From NCBI GenBank assembly GCA_964036045.1, contig OZ038378.1:121830001-121894000 (forward strand): a stretch of 64,000 bases of DNA, in the 5' to 3' direction. The position numbers and the translations under genes are program-made. The notes below the pieces were generated by a model, which worked only from the letters and a program-made list of their open reading frames with translations, made no database searches and had not been told where the DNA came from. Shown here piece by piece: positions 1-12,560 of the stretch. Each line of letters starts with the position of its first letter. The first letter of the stretch is position 1. This DNA comes from Eutreptiella sp. 'Long Island Sound 2002' (lineage: Eukaryota; Protista; Euglenida).

Positions 1-1861
1 TGGGAGTCCTTAACCCCAACTAGAGGGGCCACGCCAAAGTGTGGGAGTCTCGAACCCCAACTCGAGGGGCCACGCCAAAACCTGGGAGTCCTTAACCCCA
101 GCTCGAGCGGCCACGCCACAGCGTGGGAGTCCTTAATTGCAAGTCGCGGGGCCACACCAAAGCGTGGGAGTCCTTAACCCCAGCTCCAGGGGCCACGGCA
201 AAGCGTGGGAGTCGTTAACCCCAACTCGAGGGGCCACGGCAAAATGTGGGGGTCCTTAACCCCAGCTCGAGGGGCCACGGCAAAGCGTGGGAGTCCTTAA
301 CCCCAACTCGAGGGGCCAAGGCAAAGCGTGGGAGTCCTTAATCCCAAGTCGAGGGGCCACGCCAAAGCGTGGGAGTCCTTAACCCCAGCTCGAGGGGCCG
401 GGGCAAAGCGTGGGAGTCCTTAACCCCAACTGGAGGGGCCACGGCAAAGCGTGGGAGTCCTTAACCCCAAGTCGAGGGGCCACACCAAAGCGTGGGAGTC
501 CTTAACCCCAGCTCGAGGGGCCACGGCAAAGCGTGGGAGTCCTTAACCCCAACTCGAGGGGCCACGGCAAAGCGTGGGAGTCCTTAACCCCTATTCGAGG
601 GGCCATGCCAAAGCGTGGGAGTCCTTAACCCCAACTCGAGGGGCCACGGCAAAGCGTGGGAGTCCTTAACCCCAAGTCGAGGGGCCACGGCAAAGTGTGG
701 GAGTCCTTAACCCCAACTAGAGGGGCCACGCCAAAGCGTGGGAGTCCTTAACCCCAACTCGAGGGGCCACGCCAAAGCGTGGGAGTCCTTAACCCCAGCT
801 CGAGGGGCCACGGCAAAGCGTGGGAGTCCTTAACCCCAGCTCGAGGGGCCACGGCAAAGCGTGGGAGTCCTTAACCCCAGCTCGAGGGGCCACGGCAAAG
901 CGTGGGAGTCCTTAATCCCAACTCGAGGGGCCACGGCAAAACGTGGGAGTCCTTAACCCCAACTGGAGGGGCCACGGCAAAGCGTGGGAGTCTTTGCCCC
1001 CAACTCGAGGGGCCACGGCAAAGCGTGGGAGTCCTTAACCCCAACCCAAGGGGCCACGGCAAAGCGTGGGAGTCCTTAACCCCAACTCGAGGGGCCATGC
1101 CAAAGCGTGGGAGTCATTCATCCCAACTCGAGGGGCCACACCAAAGGGTGAGAGTCTTTAGCCCCCACTCGAGGGGCCACGGCAATGCGTGGGAGTCCTT
1201 AACCCCAACTGGAGGGGCCACGGCAAAGCGTGGTAGTCCTTAACCCCAACTTGAGGGGCCACGCCAAAGCGTGGGAGTCCTTAACCCCAACTCGAGGGGC
1301 CACACCAAAGTGTGGGAGTCCTTAACCCCAGCTCGAGGGGCCACGGCAAAGCGTGGGAGTCCTTAATCCCAACTCGAGGGGCCACGGCAAAACGTGGGAG
1401 TCCTTAACCCCAACTGGAGGGGCCACGACAAAGCGTGGGAGTCTTTCCCCCCAACTCGAGGGGCCACGGCAAAGCGTGGGAGTCCTTAACCCCAACCCAA
1501 GGGGCCACGGCAAAGCGGGGGAGTCCTTAACCTTAACTCGAGGGGCCATGCAAAAGCGTGGGAGTCATTCATCCCAACTCGAGGGGCCACACCAAAGGGT
1601 GAGAGTCTTTAGCCCGCACTCGAGGGGCCACGGCAATGCGTGGGAGTCCTTAACCCCAACTGGAGGGGCCACGGCAAAGCGTGGTAGTCCTTAACCCCAA
1701 CTTGAGGGGCCACGCCAAAGCGTCGGAGTCCTTAACCCCAACTCGAGGGGCCACAACAAAGCGTGGGAGTCCTTAACCCCAACTGGAGGGGCCACGGCAA
1801 AGCGTGGGAGTCCTTAACCCCAACTGGAGGGGCCACGGCAAAGCGTGGGAGACCTTAACCC
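1..1861. repeat. 41-bp tandem satellite (consensus GTGGGAGTCCTTAACCCCAACTCGAGGGGCCACGGCAAAGC), ~45 well-homogenised copies, runs off the window start
   Basis: GCGTGGGAG recurs at 121 and 162 (period 41) and throughout. The ORFs at 871/902 and 1322/1353 are near-identical and offset by 451 bp (11 monomers). Confidence 0.97.
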
Positions 1862-1989
1862 TCACCCCCACCCCCCCTACCTACCCCCCCCCTACCCCCC
1901 CCTACACCCCCCCCCCCACACCCCCGCTACCTCCAAGGTAGGGGGGGGGGGGGGCGACTTCCTGCGATGTATACTTTTCTGTGAACACC

Positions 1990-4262
1990 ATGGCTTTCAG
2001 GTGTGACGTGCAACGCCTCAAGTGCCAGGAGCTAATGACGTTTTGTTGATCTTTTGGGGGTGCGGGAGATGTGCCAAAACAAATGTTCGAGCAGTTATGT
2101 ACGTTGTTTCAGTTTTCGGGCGCTTTTGTGGGCTTTGTGTCAATGTATCCAAGACCCATGTGCTGCTTACATCCGGTACAAACTGGCCTTCGGCCGATAT
2201 TGCGGGGTTTCAAGTGAGGCACTTGGTCCAGCACTTGGGGGTCCAGTTGGGCCATGTCACCCTAACTCACAAATGTAGCTAGGTGATTGCCAAAATGCTC
2301 CTACGTCCCAAATGGCTAATGAATCTTTCGCTTTTGCTGCGTGAGAAGCCGGGAGTGCTCAAAATATCGGTGGCCCCATGCTGCTACGTGGCTATGAGGG
2401 TGCACGTCCCGGTTGAGTTCGTCGTCAGACATCTCAACGGGATACAATATGTGGCCTGGGGACCGAACTCATGGGTTTTGATGCGTCACACTGTGGTGGA
2501 CCCTCACTCACTTGGTGGCATAGGGCTGGCAGGGATGGGGTCCTGCGCACTGCGGGTTCATTCTAAGGCGTTTGTTCCTCATATAAAGGGCACAACCCTT
2601 CCGCACGCCCGCTCGCCGGGTGAGTCTTGGAGATGGGCCGAGCCTGCGAGTATGGTCTTGACGGTTGACATGCTTCCTTACCTCACACACCAAGAGGGGT
2701 GTTGCAAGCCATTTGGCTACCTGGGGACCTCCTGCATGGCCTACATGGAGCTACGACGGCAAGCTCGTATAGTGCCATCTTCTTGAGCTAGAAAAGAGCA
2801 ATTTCTGGGTATCTGGCATAATGCCCTGTTGGCTGATTCCACGGCTCGCACCATTGCCCCAAGGGCGCTTGTTAGATAGAGGTACGCAACTTGGGGGGCT
2901 GAAATCTGTGGTGGGTACATACGGGTGGAACTCCTAGTGCAATCGAAGCCGGTTTTCTAGAATGTGTTCTTTGCATCGGGGTCAGTCGTGGATAGTGTCC
3001 AATCGGGAACTGCTCAATGGCACCAACCAAGCCTGTGTGACCCTGGGGTGTAGGCAGACAAGTGGTCACGGCAGGAGATGCTGCTAGCAACGAGTCGTCC
3101 CATGCTATCACAGACTTCGGCTATGCTCAGGGCGGAGTGGACTTTTGCTATGCTTCGAGATTCCGGACGGGAGGATGATTTTGTTCGGAAGTCTTTGTGG
3201 CACAAGCTCCTCATGGCTTACCGGTGTTGCTCCATGACGAATGCCCCGGCCTGCGCTTTTGATCGTCACCACAAGACGCACGTTCACTATTTCGGTGACT
3301 GCCAATTAGCGGCCTTTGTGCACCTTGCTGTTCCCCACACATACGGGACGTTGCAGCCTTGTGGGAATTCGGCACCGGATGTGTCTTAGCGGTTCCTCTG
3401 CAAGCAGGGAGTTGCGCTTACATGCACGCAAGGGATGATGATATGATCAGCTATGGTGTCTCCCTTGGCGGTGTAGTGCCAAAAAGCTTCAGGCAAGTGT
3501 CCTGTCGCTCTTCATTCTTTTGTGGCCGACCCGGTGGCCAAGGTGTTGTTGTGGAGCAGCTGCTCTGACCTCTATCCGCTGGGCGGAAGTTGCTCCACTC
3601 CTTTTCAACCTGAGGCATTGGGTCGCGGAGGGCTTTTTGGGTTCCAAGTGGCTTTGACCCAAGGGTCCGAGGAGGCTTCTCTCAAACACTAAGGCCCAAA
3701 GGGTTGACGTCAAGTGAGCTCGGCACGGTGTGACGAACACAAAGGTTCTCAATGACTTTGACCGGCTCCAAAGTGCTGGTTTGATCGCCCTGTTTGCTGG
3801 TGGATCATCCGAGCGTGTGGGGGGCTAGGATCAAGCTGGTGATGCCTTTTTTCTTATGGTGAGCATCACCCTAGCAACTTCAGTGCCCATCTTCCCTTGG
3901 ATGAACTTCGGTCCAACAACAAAGCAGGGGCTCGAGCGGTGCTACATGTGCTTTCTCGTAAACGAGTAGATGCCAAACTAGTGATAATGGTTGACTCCAA
4001 ATGTGTTTACGTTGGGCTCACGGAAGATGTCTTGCGCCGGGAGAGAGACGGCTGGCGCACGAGTGCAGGGATGGTCGCACATTGTGATCTGTGGACTCAA
4101 TTCCTTGCCCAGCTCCGGCGTCACGAGATCACGGCATGCTTCTCTTGGGTTTCGTCGCATGTAGGATTAGGCAGTAACGAGGGGGCACATCCACTAGCGG
4201 AAGAAGGGCGTTTGCACCCCCCTTGTAACGAGGAGGGACGCGCGAAGAGGTGCTCCCCATAA
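1990..4262 (+). mobile_element. 5'-truncated, decayed L1-like non-LTR retrotransposon (RT C-terminal part, zf-RVT, C-terminal RNase H)
   Basis: RT motifs ANDVLL...FCGLCVNVSKT...HLGV (2030-2250) and GGIGL (~2520); zinc-binding LWHKL...C...H..C (~3190-3310); RNase HI NNKAG.RAVL...VDSKCV...DLW...WVSSHVG..SNE.A (3897-4262). Frames are broken by stops and frameshifts. Confidence 0.85.
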
Positions 4263-4698
4263 CGTGTTGGTTTGGATCGTAGCCCATCGACCTCCCATCT
4301 GAGTGTTCCTGGGTGGACAGTGAGGTTGGAGATTCGTCTGATGGGAGTGGCGAGCACGGTGGGAAAGAGGGAGAAATTGTGTTGTGTGACTCTGAGGAGT
4401 TGGCATGTTCGTTAGCGAGTTTTGTGTGTCGTCGGGTGACTGTGCGAGTCGAGTTAGGGGGATGAAGCCAAAAACACACAAGGTAGGGTAAGCGCACACT
4501 TGATCTCTGTTGGATGGCGTCCAAGCGAAGCGCGGGACGAGTGCAGAAAGGTGGACGCCAGCCCAGGCAGCGGAGGAGCCACCGTTTAACCCTCTTACCC
4601 CGTGCTGACCCCCCCTTCCCCAAGTAGACGAACCAAAAGGCATTCATACTCCTTGGTTTCTTTTGTGGTCCGTTATTGAGTATACATCTTGTGCTGAC

Positions 4699-4767
4699 GG
4701 TTATAGTGCAGCAGTAATGCACCACACACCGATTCTAAATGTCAGGGGTTCGAACCCTAAGCGTGGC
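4699..4767 (+). pseudogene. tRNA-derived sequence (SINE-head-like), not a functional tRNA
   Basis: TGCA/TGCA D-stem, box B GGTTCGAACC, wobble-paired acceptor-like ends GGTTAT/GTGGCC. The anticodon arm does not pair. A second box A/box B pair (TAGTATAATGG...GGTTCGAAC) follows at ~4860-4925. Confidence 0.35.
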
Positions 4768-5699
4768 CCCGACGCACGGAACGCCCCAACTCCCACCTTC
4801 GTTTGCTGGCGCCTTCGGCGATGCTAGGGTGGAGGGGAGAAAGGGGTAAGCAGACACATTGTCGTTGTAGTATAATGGGCATGCAAGTCGCCTCGAGATT
4901 CCAAGGGATAGGTTCGAACTCCGCAAGCTCGTCGTGGGTCGTCTTAGTGTCATGGTATCCGAATGTCTTCCTCCCCGGGGGCACTTCCGGCTCCCATCTG
5001 ACGGGGGAGGGTCATGTTTTGGCTGTGCTCTTGGTGTCTGCATGGTGAAGGGGTCACCATGGGATTGAGCGAGAAGCGGTCCATTCCCTGCAGCTGTCTA
5101 GCGCTTCGCTTGACGCCAACCATCACAAATCAAGTGCCCTTCCCCTCATTCGTACACTTTTGACATGATTTTTTTGTCGTTGGCGTTCCTTTTTTCGAAA
5201 GGGTGGAGTGATGGCTCTACATTTCAGTCTATGGTGCCACAACTCACCTCCTTTGTATGTTCCCTCTTTGGTTGTTCCGCGGCCTTTGTTTGGCCTTGTA
5301 TGTCTACGCTTAGCTTGGGCACCATCCACAAGAGACCAAGTGTGGGCCGTACCTCTTGCGTCTGCATGTTCAGTTGTTTTAATCCTCGCCATGTGCACTT
5401 TCAGTGGCTAGTGCCTAGAACTCATTGGAACTCACTTTTTGCGGAGCCAGATGTTGTGACCGGCTGTACCCGGTTAGCCAAGGGTCCGTCTCTATGGCAG
5501 CATTTTGAGGTGCCAGACTGACATACTCATCACACCCGTTAACTCCCTACACACAACAATTTACCGACAGGCAAGTACCTGATGCAGATCACACCAAATA
5601 TACAGAAGACTTGGCACTGGACCATCCACCTATGGAGTCACAATCCACAAATTGCTTTGAAGCAGGGTTGTTAGATCAAGCGCAGTTGCAGGCACCAAA

Positions 5700-5900
5700 G
5701 ACCGCCCTATTTGGGGTCGTTCGCGCCGCATACCCCGAGGTGTTGGTTGTCCAACCTCTTGAAAAAAATCACTTTGGGAGATGAAATGATCTCCCAATGA
5801 TTTTTTTGATTTTGACTCCTCTGCAGCCTGTAACCAGGTGCCACGTTGATTGGAGGGGTTTGTGGGGGGAGGCTAGGAGGGTCACAGGGGGGGGGGGGGG
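5700..5900. repeat. Dispersed repeat, homologous to ~47110-47300 (probable non-autonomous DNA-transposon end)
   Basis: TTTGGGGTCGTTCGCGCCGCATACCCCGAGG...AAATCACTTTGGGAGATGAAATGATCTCCC aligns by eye with TTTTGGGGGGTTGTTCGCGTAGCATACCCCAAGG...AAATCATTATTTTGCCCGATAAAATGATCCCC. Confidence 0.6.
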
Positions 5901-6542
5901 GTTTCACCTCTTTTTGCGTATTTTGGCCCTGTGCGTTGATTTGTTCCCATGTGGTCAACTTTTTCACTCTTATACATGGACCTTCCAAACGATGGCGAGG
6001 GTCTCACGTTCCAACTCCGGGGAACTGCAACCCCCCCCCCCCATGGTCTCTTGGCGGTTCGGTCTTTGCAGTTTTCAAGCTAGCATACATTCGCCGAAAC
6101 AATTCGGAAATTCCACTTTTTCCGAGGCCAGGTTATGGCCCCCGCGATGGGTTTCAGTGATCATTAGGTGATAACAGGTATCGTCCAGCACCTATGGGGA
6201 CCCAGAAAGCTAGGCCCATGTACCCCGGACCATGGGCGGCTTGAAAGCCCGAAAATAGCCCGTGGTTGGGACACTCACTGGCACCTGAATATTTGCCACC
6301 CAACGTCTTTTTCCGAAATCCTCTTGGCTCATGTGCAGAGGTTCGGGCGCACATTGTTGGTACTTGAGCACCCATGGGGACCCATATTGTGCTTGCTAGG
6401 CCCATGTAGAGTAAGGCATGGGCCCCGTGGCAGCGACAACCCAGGCCCCAAGAGTGCCGTTGTTTAGCATGGTCCGGGGTACGTGGAAATTTTTCCAAAA
6501 CTTGACATTTTCCAAAACTCTCGAAGATGGGTCTGGATGGTT

Positions 6543-9500
6543 AGTGGCCCCTTTAGTGGGGCGCGTGGACGCACAATCCGCAAGTTTGAGTTGCTCCCTT
6601 ACCCCGGGAAATGGACTCACAATCCACAAATTTGTGTGGCCCGGGAGGGGTTATGGACTCCGAGTCCACAACTTTGAGTGCCTCCTTGAGAACAGGATAT
6701 GGACTTCCAATCCACAAGTTTTGGTGGCCTCTTAATACGGGGATATGGACTCACAGCCCACATGTTTGAGTGCTTCCTTCAGTAGGGGATATGGATTCGC
6801 AATTCACAATTTATAGAGGCCCTTTCAATAGGGCATGCCGACTCACAATGCGTAAGTCTGAGCCCCCCCCCCCGGAGAGGGGATGCGCATGCACAATCCG
6901 CCATTTTCAATGCCCTCTTGAGACGAGGATGTGGACTCAAAGTCCACAAGTTTCATTGCCCTCTGGAATTGAGGATATGGACTCACAATCCGCTTGTTGG
7001 AGTGGATTGGTCGAGACACCCCTTAAGTAGGGCATGTGGACTGACAATGCACAAGTCTCAGCGGTCCCTGGACGAAGGGATGTGGATTCGCCTTCCACCA
7101 CTTTCAATGCCTCCTTGAGAAGAAGATATGGACTCACCATCGACAAGTTGTAGTGCCATCTGGAGTAGGGGATATGGACTCGCATTATGCATGTTGTAGT
7201 GGCTTGGTCAGTAGGGGATATGGATTCACAATCCACAGTTTATAGACGCCCTTAAGTAATGCTCAAGTTTGAGCGGCCCCTCGAAAAGGGGATATGGATT
7301 GCCGATCTACCAGTATGAGTGCTGCACTAAATATGGGATATGTCTTCGCATCCCACAATTTTTGGTGGCCCCTTGAGTAGAGGATATGGACTCGCAATCC
7401 ACAAGTTTGTGTGTCCCCTTGAGTAGAGAATAGTCACAATCCAGAGTGGCTCCTTGAGTTGGTATATGTATCCAGAATCCACCAGTTTGATTCGGCCCTT
7501 GAGTTGGGTGTATGAAATCACAATCAATGGGTTCGAGTGCCCCCCGAAGTGGCAAGTATGCATTCAAATTTCACAACTTTTGAGATGTCTTTTGAGTTCG
7601 GGATATAGATTCACCATTGAAAGGTTTGGGTGGCCTCTTAAGTAGGACATATAGATTTACCGCACACCAATTTTTTTTTGGCCCCTTGAGTAAGCAATAT
7701 GTATTTGCCATGCCCACATTTGGGTGGCCTTGAGCAAGGGATGTGCACACACAGGGCAGAAGTTTGAGTGGCCCCTCGAGTCAGGGATGTGGGCTCAAAA
7801 TCCACAAGTTTGAGTTTCCCTTTGGAGTAGGGCATATGCATTCACGATCCACAAATTTGCGTTGCTCCTTGTGTAGGGGCCATATGCTCTGGATCCACAA
7901 GTGTGAGGCATGTGGACCTCCAATCCACAAATGTGAGTGGCCTTTTGCATCTGGGATATCGACTCAAAGTCCATGAATACTAGTGGCCCATTGAGGTGGG
8001 TTTATGCACTTGCAGTCTGCATGTCCGAGTGGCACTGTCATTGGTGATATGCAATCCACAAACTTAAGTAGGGCATGTGGACTCACCATCCACCAATATG
8101 AGTTTGCAATAAGTATGCGATACGTAACCAGAACCCACAGTTTTTAGTGGCCCCATAAATAGCGGATATGGACTCACAATCCGCATGTTTGACCTGCCTC
8201 TTGGGTAGAGGATATGGACTCACAATCCACCAATTTTATTGGCCCCTAAAATCGAGGACATGGATTGTTCATCCACAACTTGGAGTCGGCTTTGAGCAAG
8301 GCATACGGACTGATATGGAGTCATAAACCACGGTTTTTAGCGGGTTTTAGTGTACCATTTTCCGCCTCACAATGCACAGTTTTTTGGGGGTCTTTGGGTG
8401 GGTATATTGATTCAGAATCCCCAAGTCTGAGTCGCCTCTTGAGTAGCGCATATGCACTCATAATCCACGGGTTCTACTGCTCCTTAGAATAGGGGATATG
8501 CAGTCGCAATTCACAATGTTGAGTGGCCTTTTGAGTGCGGCATTTAGATTCACCATCGACAAGTTTGATTGGCATATAGATGCACTTTGGCCCCCTAGGC
8601 AAGCAATATGGAATTGCATTCCACACCTTTGAGTCGCCTTAAGTAAGGGATATGCACAAGTTGTGCCGATCTTTGAGCGGCCCCTTGAGTAGGGGATATG
8701 GACTTAGAAACCACACATTTGAGTTTCCTTCTTGAGTAGGCATATTTCCTCACAATCCACAAATTTGCGTTGCCCCTTGACTAGAGGCTATGCACTCTCA
8801 ATCCATCAGTGTGTGTGGGCTTTTGAGTACGCCATATGGACTTCCGATCCACGATCGTAATTGGCATTTTGAATAGCGAATATCGACTCATAGCCCACAA
8901 GTTTTAATGGCCCTTTGAGTTGGATTTATGGACTAACAATTTGCATGCTGGAGTGTCCCCTTCACTATGGGATATGGCTCTACAACCCATTGGTATGAGT
9001 ACTACAATAAGTATGGGATACACATCTGCAACGCCTGATTTTTAGTGGCCCTTGAGAAGAGAATATGGACTCGCAATTCAACAGCCCGTGTGCCCCGTGG
9101 AGTCTGATATATTCACTCGCAATCCCCATGTTCGACTGCCTCCTCATTAGGGGATGTGGACTCGCAATCTAGCAAATTATTTGGCTCCTTCAGTTGGGCA
9201 TATGGACTGATGGTCCACAAGTTTGAGTCGGCATACGAACTCGCAATCCACCAATATGAATGGCCTCGTGAGTTGAGGATATGGTTTCATACACCGCAAT
9301 CTCCGGTGGGTTTTTGAGTACCATTTACCGCCTCACAATCCACAATCCCGAGTGGCCCCTTCAATTGGTGTATGGATTGTGAATCAAGAAGTTTCCGTCA
9401 CCCCAATCCATATCGCTTGCTCCGGAGGCCACAAAAAATTGTGCACGGTGAATCTATACTCCCTACTTGGGAGGCCAATCAAACCTGTCAATGGTGAATC

Positions 9501-12500
9501 TATATCCCCTACTCAAAAGGCCACTCAAACTTGTGAACTACGTATCCATACCCCTGGTCAAAAGGGCACTAGAACCCCTGTATTGTGACTTCACATCCCC
9601 AACTTAAGTTGCAATGCACACTTTTGAGTGGCCTTGACTAAGGGATGTGCACACACAATGCACAAATTTTAGCGGCCCCTTGAGTACGGGATATGGACTC
9701 AGAATCCACAAGTTTGAGTTTCCTGCTTTAGTAGGGCATATTTCCTCAAGATCCACAAATTTGTGTTGCCCCTTAACTAGGGGCTATATGCTCTCGATCC
9801 ACAAGTGTGAGTGGGCCTTTGAGTACAACTCATGGACCTCCAATCCCCAAGTGCTAGTGGCCTTTTGCGTCGGGGATATCAACTCACAATCCGGCAATTT
9901 GACTGGCCGTTTGAATTGGAGTTATGGACTAACAATGTGCAATCTTGATTGCTCCTTCATGAGGGGATATGTAGTCACCCCTTAAGTCGGGTATGTGCAC
10001 TTACAATGCACAAGCTTGAGCGGCCCCCTCAAAGAGGGGTATATGGATTCACAATCCACCACTATGAGTGCTGCATGCAGTATGGGATACGTATCTGCAA
10101 CCCACAATTTTTAATGGTTTCTTGAGTAAAGGAGAGGGACTCACAACCGACATGTTGGAGTGGCCTGTTGAGTAGGACGCATGGACTCAGAATCCACCAA
10201 TTTGATTGGTCCCTCAATTAGTGGACTATCCATCCACTAATTTGTGTTGGCCCTTGAGTAGGGCATACAGACTCACAATCCACCAATTTGAATGGCCTCC
10301 TGAGTTGGGGATATGGAGTCATAAACCGCAAGTTTGAGTGGGGATTTGAGTACCATTTGCCGCCTCACAATGGACAGTTTTGAGTGGCCCCTTGAGTTCG
10401 TGTATGGAAAGAATCCACAAGTTTGAGTCGCCTGTTGAGTTGGGGATATGACGTCATAATTCCCGGGTTGTACAGCCCCTTTGAGTACGGGGTATAGATT
10501 AACATTTCCCAAGTTTGAGTGGCCTTTTGAGTCAGGCACATAGATTCACCATTGACAGGTTTGATTGACCTCTTCTATAACGCATGTAGATTCACCGTGC
10601 ACAAATGTTTGTGGTCTCTTGAGCAAGACTTGCAATGCACACTTTTGAGTGGCCTTGAGTCTGGGATATGCGCACACAATGCAAAAGTTTAGTAGGGAAT
10701 ATGAGTAGGGAATATGGACTCAGAATCCACAAGTTTGAGTTTCCTTCTTGAGCAGGGCAGATTTACTCATGATCCACGAATGCGTTGCCCCTTCACTAGG
10801 GGCAATGCCCTCTTAATCCGTAGGTGTGAGTGGGCCTTTGAGTACAACATATGGACTTTCAATCCACAAGTGTGAGTGGCCTTTTGCATATGGACTCACA
10901 ATCCACAAATTTTAGTGGCCTTCTGAGTTGGGGTTATGGACTCGCAATCTACATATTTCAGCGGCCCCTTCAATAGGGGATATGGATTAGTAATCCACAT
11001 ACTATAGATGCCCCTTAAGCAGGGCATGTGGACTGAAATTGCACAAGTTTGAGCACCCCCTTGAAGAGGGAATGTGGATTCACAATCTAGTAGTATGGGA
11101 ATTGCAATAATATAGGATATGTATCACCAACCCACAATCTTTAGTGGCTCCTTGATTGTTTGATTGGCCTCTTGAGTAGATGGTATAGACTCACAATCGA
11201 CCAATTTGATTTGCCCTCTAAGCAGTGGATGTGGATTGTCCATCCACAATTTTGTGTCGGCATTTGAGCAAGGGATACGGACTCACAATCCACCAATTTG
11301 AATGGCATCCTGAGTTGAGGATATGGAGTCATAAGACATAGGTTGGAGTGGGTTTTTGAGTGATGTTTACCGCCTCACAATGCACTCCTTTGAGCGGCCC
11401 TTTCAATTGGTGTATGGATTCAGAATCCACAAGTTTGAGTGGCCCCTTGAGTTTAGGTCATGGAGTCATAATCCATGGGTTCCAGTGCCCCTTTGAGTAG
11501 CGGGTATGGATTCGTAGTTCAACAATGTGAGTGGCCTTTTGAGTCGGGGATATAGATTCACCATTGACAGGTTTGATTGGCCTCCCAAGTAGGGCATATA
11601 GATTCACCGTGCACAAATTTTTTGTGGCCTCCGGAGCAAGCGGTATGGATTTGCAATGCGCGCTTTTGAGTGGCTTGGAGGCAATATGGACTCGCAATCC
11701 ACAAATTTTCACTGGCCCCTTGAGAAGGGGATATGAACTCACGATCCAATCACTCAAATTGCCCCGTGAGTAAGTGGTATGGACTCACAATTCAGAAGTT
11801 CGATTTGCTCCTTCCTTCGGGGATATGTACTCGCAACCCACAAGTTTCAGTGGCCCCTTGAGTAGGGGATACGGATGAGACTTCAAAGCTTTGAGTGGCC
11901 CTTTGCATAGGGGATATGGTCTAAGGCATCCACAAATTGGAGTGGCTCCTTCAATCGGGGAAATGGACTCGCAATCCACAATTTTTAGTGGCTCCTTCAT
12001 TAGGGGATACGGTCTCACAACCCACGGATTCAAGTGACTCTTGGAGATATGGATTGCAATCCACAAGTCTCAGTGGCCCTTTTTGTTGTGGATATGGACT
12101 CGCAGTCCACAAGTTTGACGGCGCCTTGACTGGGGAATATGAACTCGCAATCCGCAAGTTGCAGTGGCCCTTCGAGTAGGGGATATGGCCTCACAATCCA
12201 CAAGTTTGAGTGGCTTCTTCAACTGGGGAAGATTGGAAATCCACAAGTTTGACGGGCCCAGTAAGTACGAGGGGATATGGACTCACAATCCACAAGGTTA
12301 GGTGGCTCCGTGGACCGGGGACCTAGACTCATAACCCACAAGCCTGAGTGGCCCCTTGAGTCGGCAATATGGACTCAAAGTCCACAAGTTTGAGTGGCCC
12401 CTTGAGTTGGTGATATGGGCTCACAACCCACAGGTCTAAGTGGCCCCATGAGTCGGGGATTTGGGGACTTACACTCCACAAATTTTAGTCCCCCCTTGAG

Positions 12501-12560
12501 TAGGGGATATGGACTCACAATACACAAGTTTCAGCGGCCACTTTAGTATAGGATATGGAC
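6543..12560. repeat. Diverged 46-bp satellite (TATGGACTCACAATCCACAAGTTTGAGTGGCCCCTTGAGTAGGGGA) with ~1-kb higher-order repeat
   Basis: The GGACTCACAATCCAC and GTGGCCCCTTGAG cores recur at ~46-bp spacing. The marker CCGCCTCACAAT recurs near 8360, 9325, 10360 and 11370. Confidence 0.93.

Noticed and set aside
1-1861. CRISPR-like appearance of regular 41-bp repeats (also the 48-bp array and the 52-bp hairpins)
   Set aside because: Units are contiguous with no unique spacers, there are no cas genes, and the context is eukaryotic.
6770-12179. Many 60-110-aa ORFs in the 46-bp array
   Set aside because: Satellite-derived, repetitive, and present on both strands.
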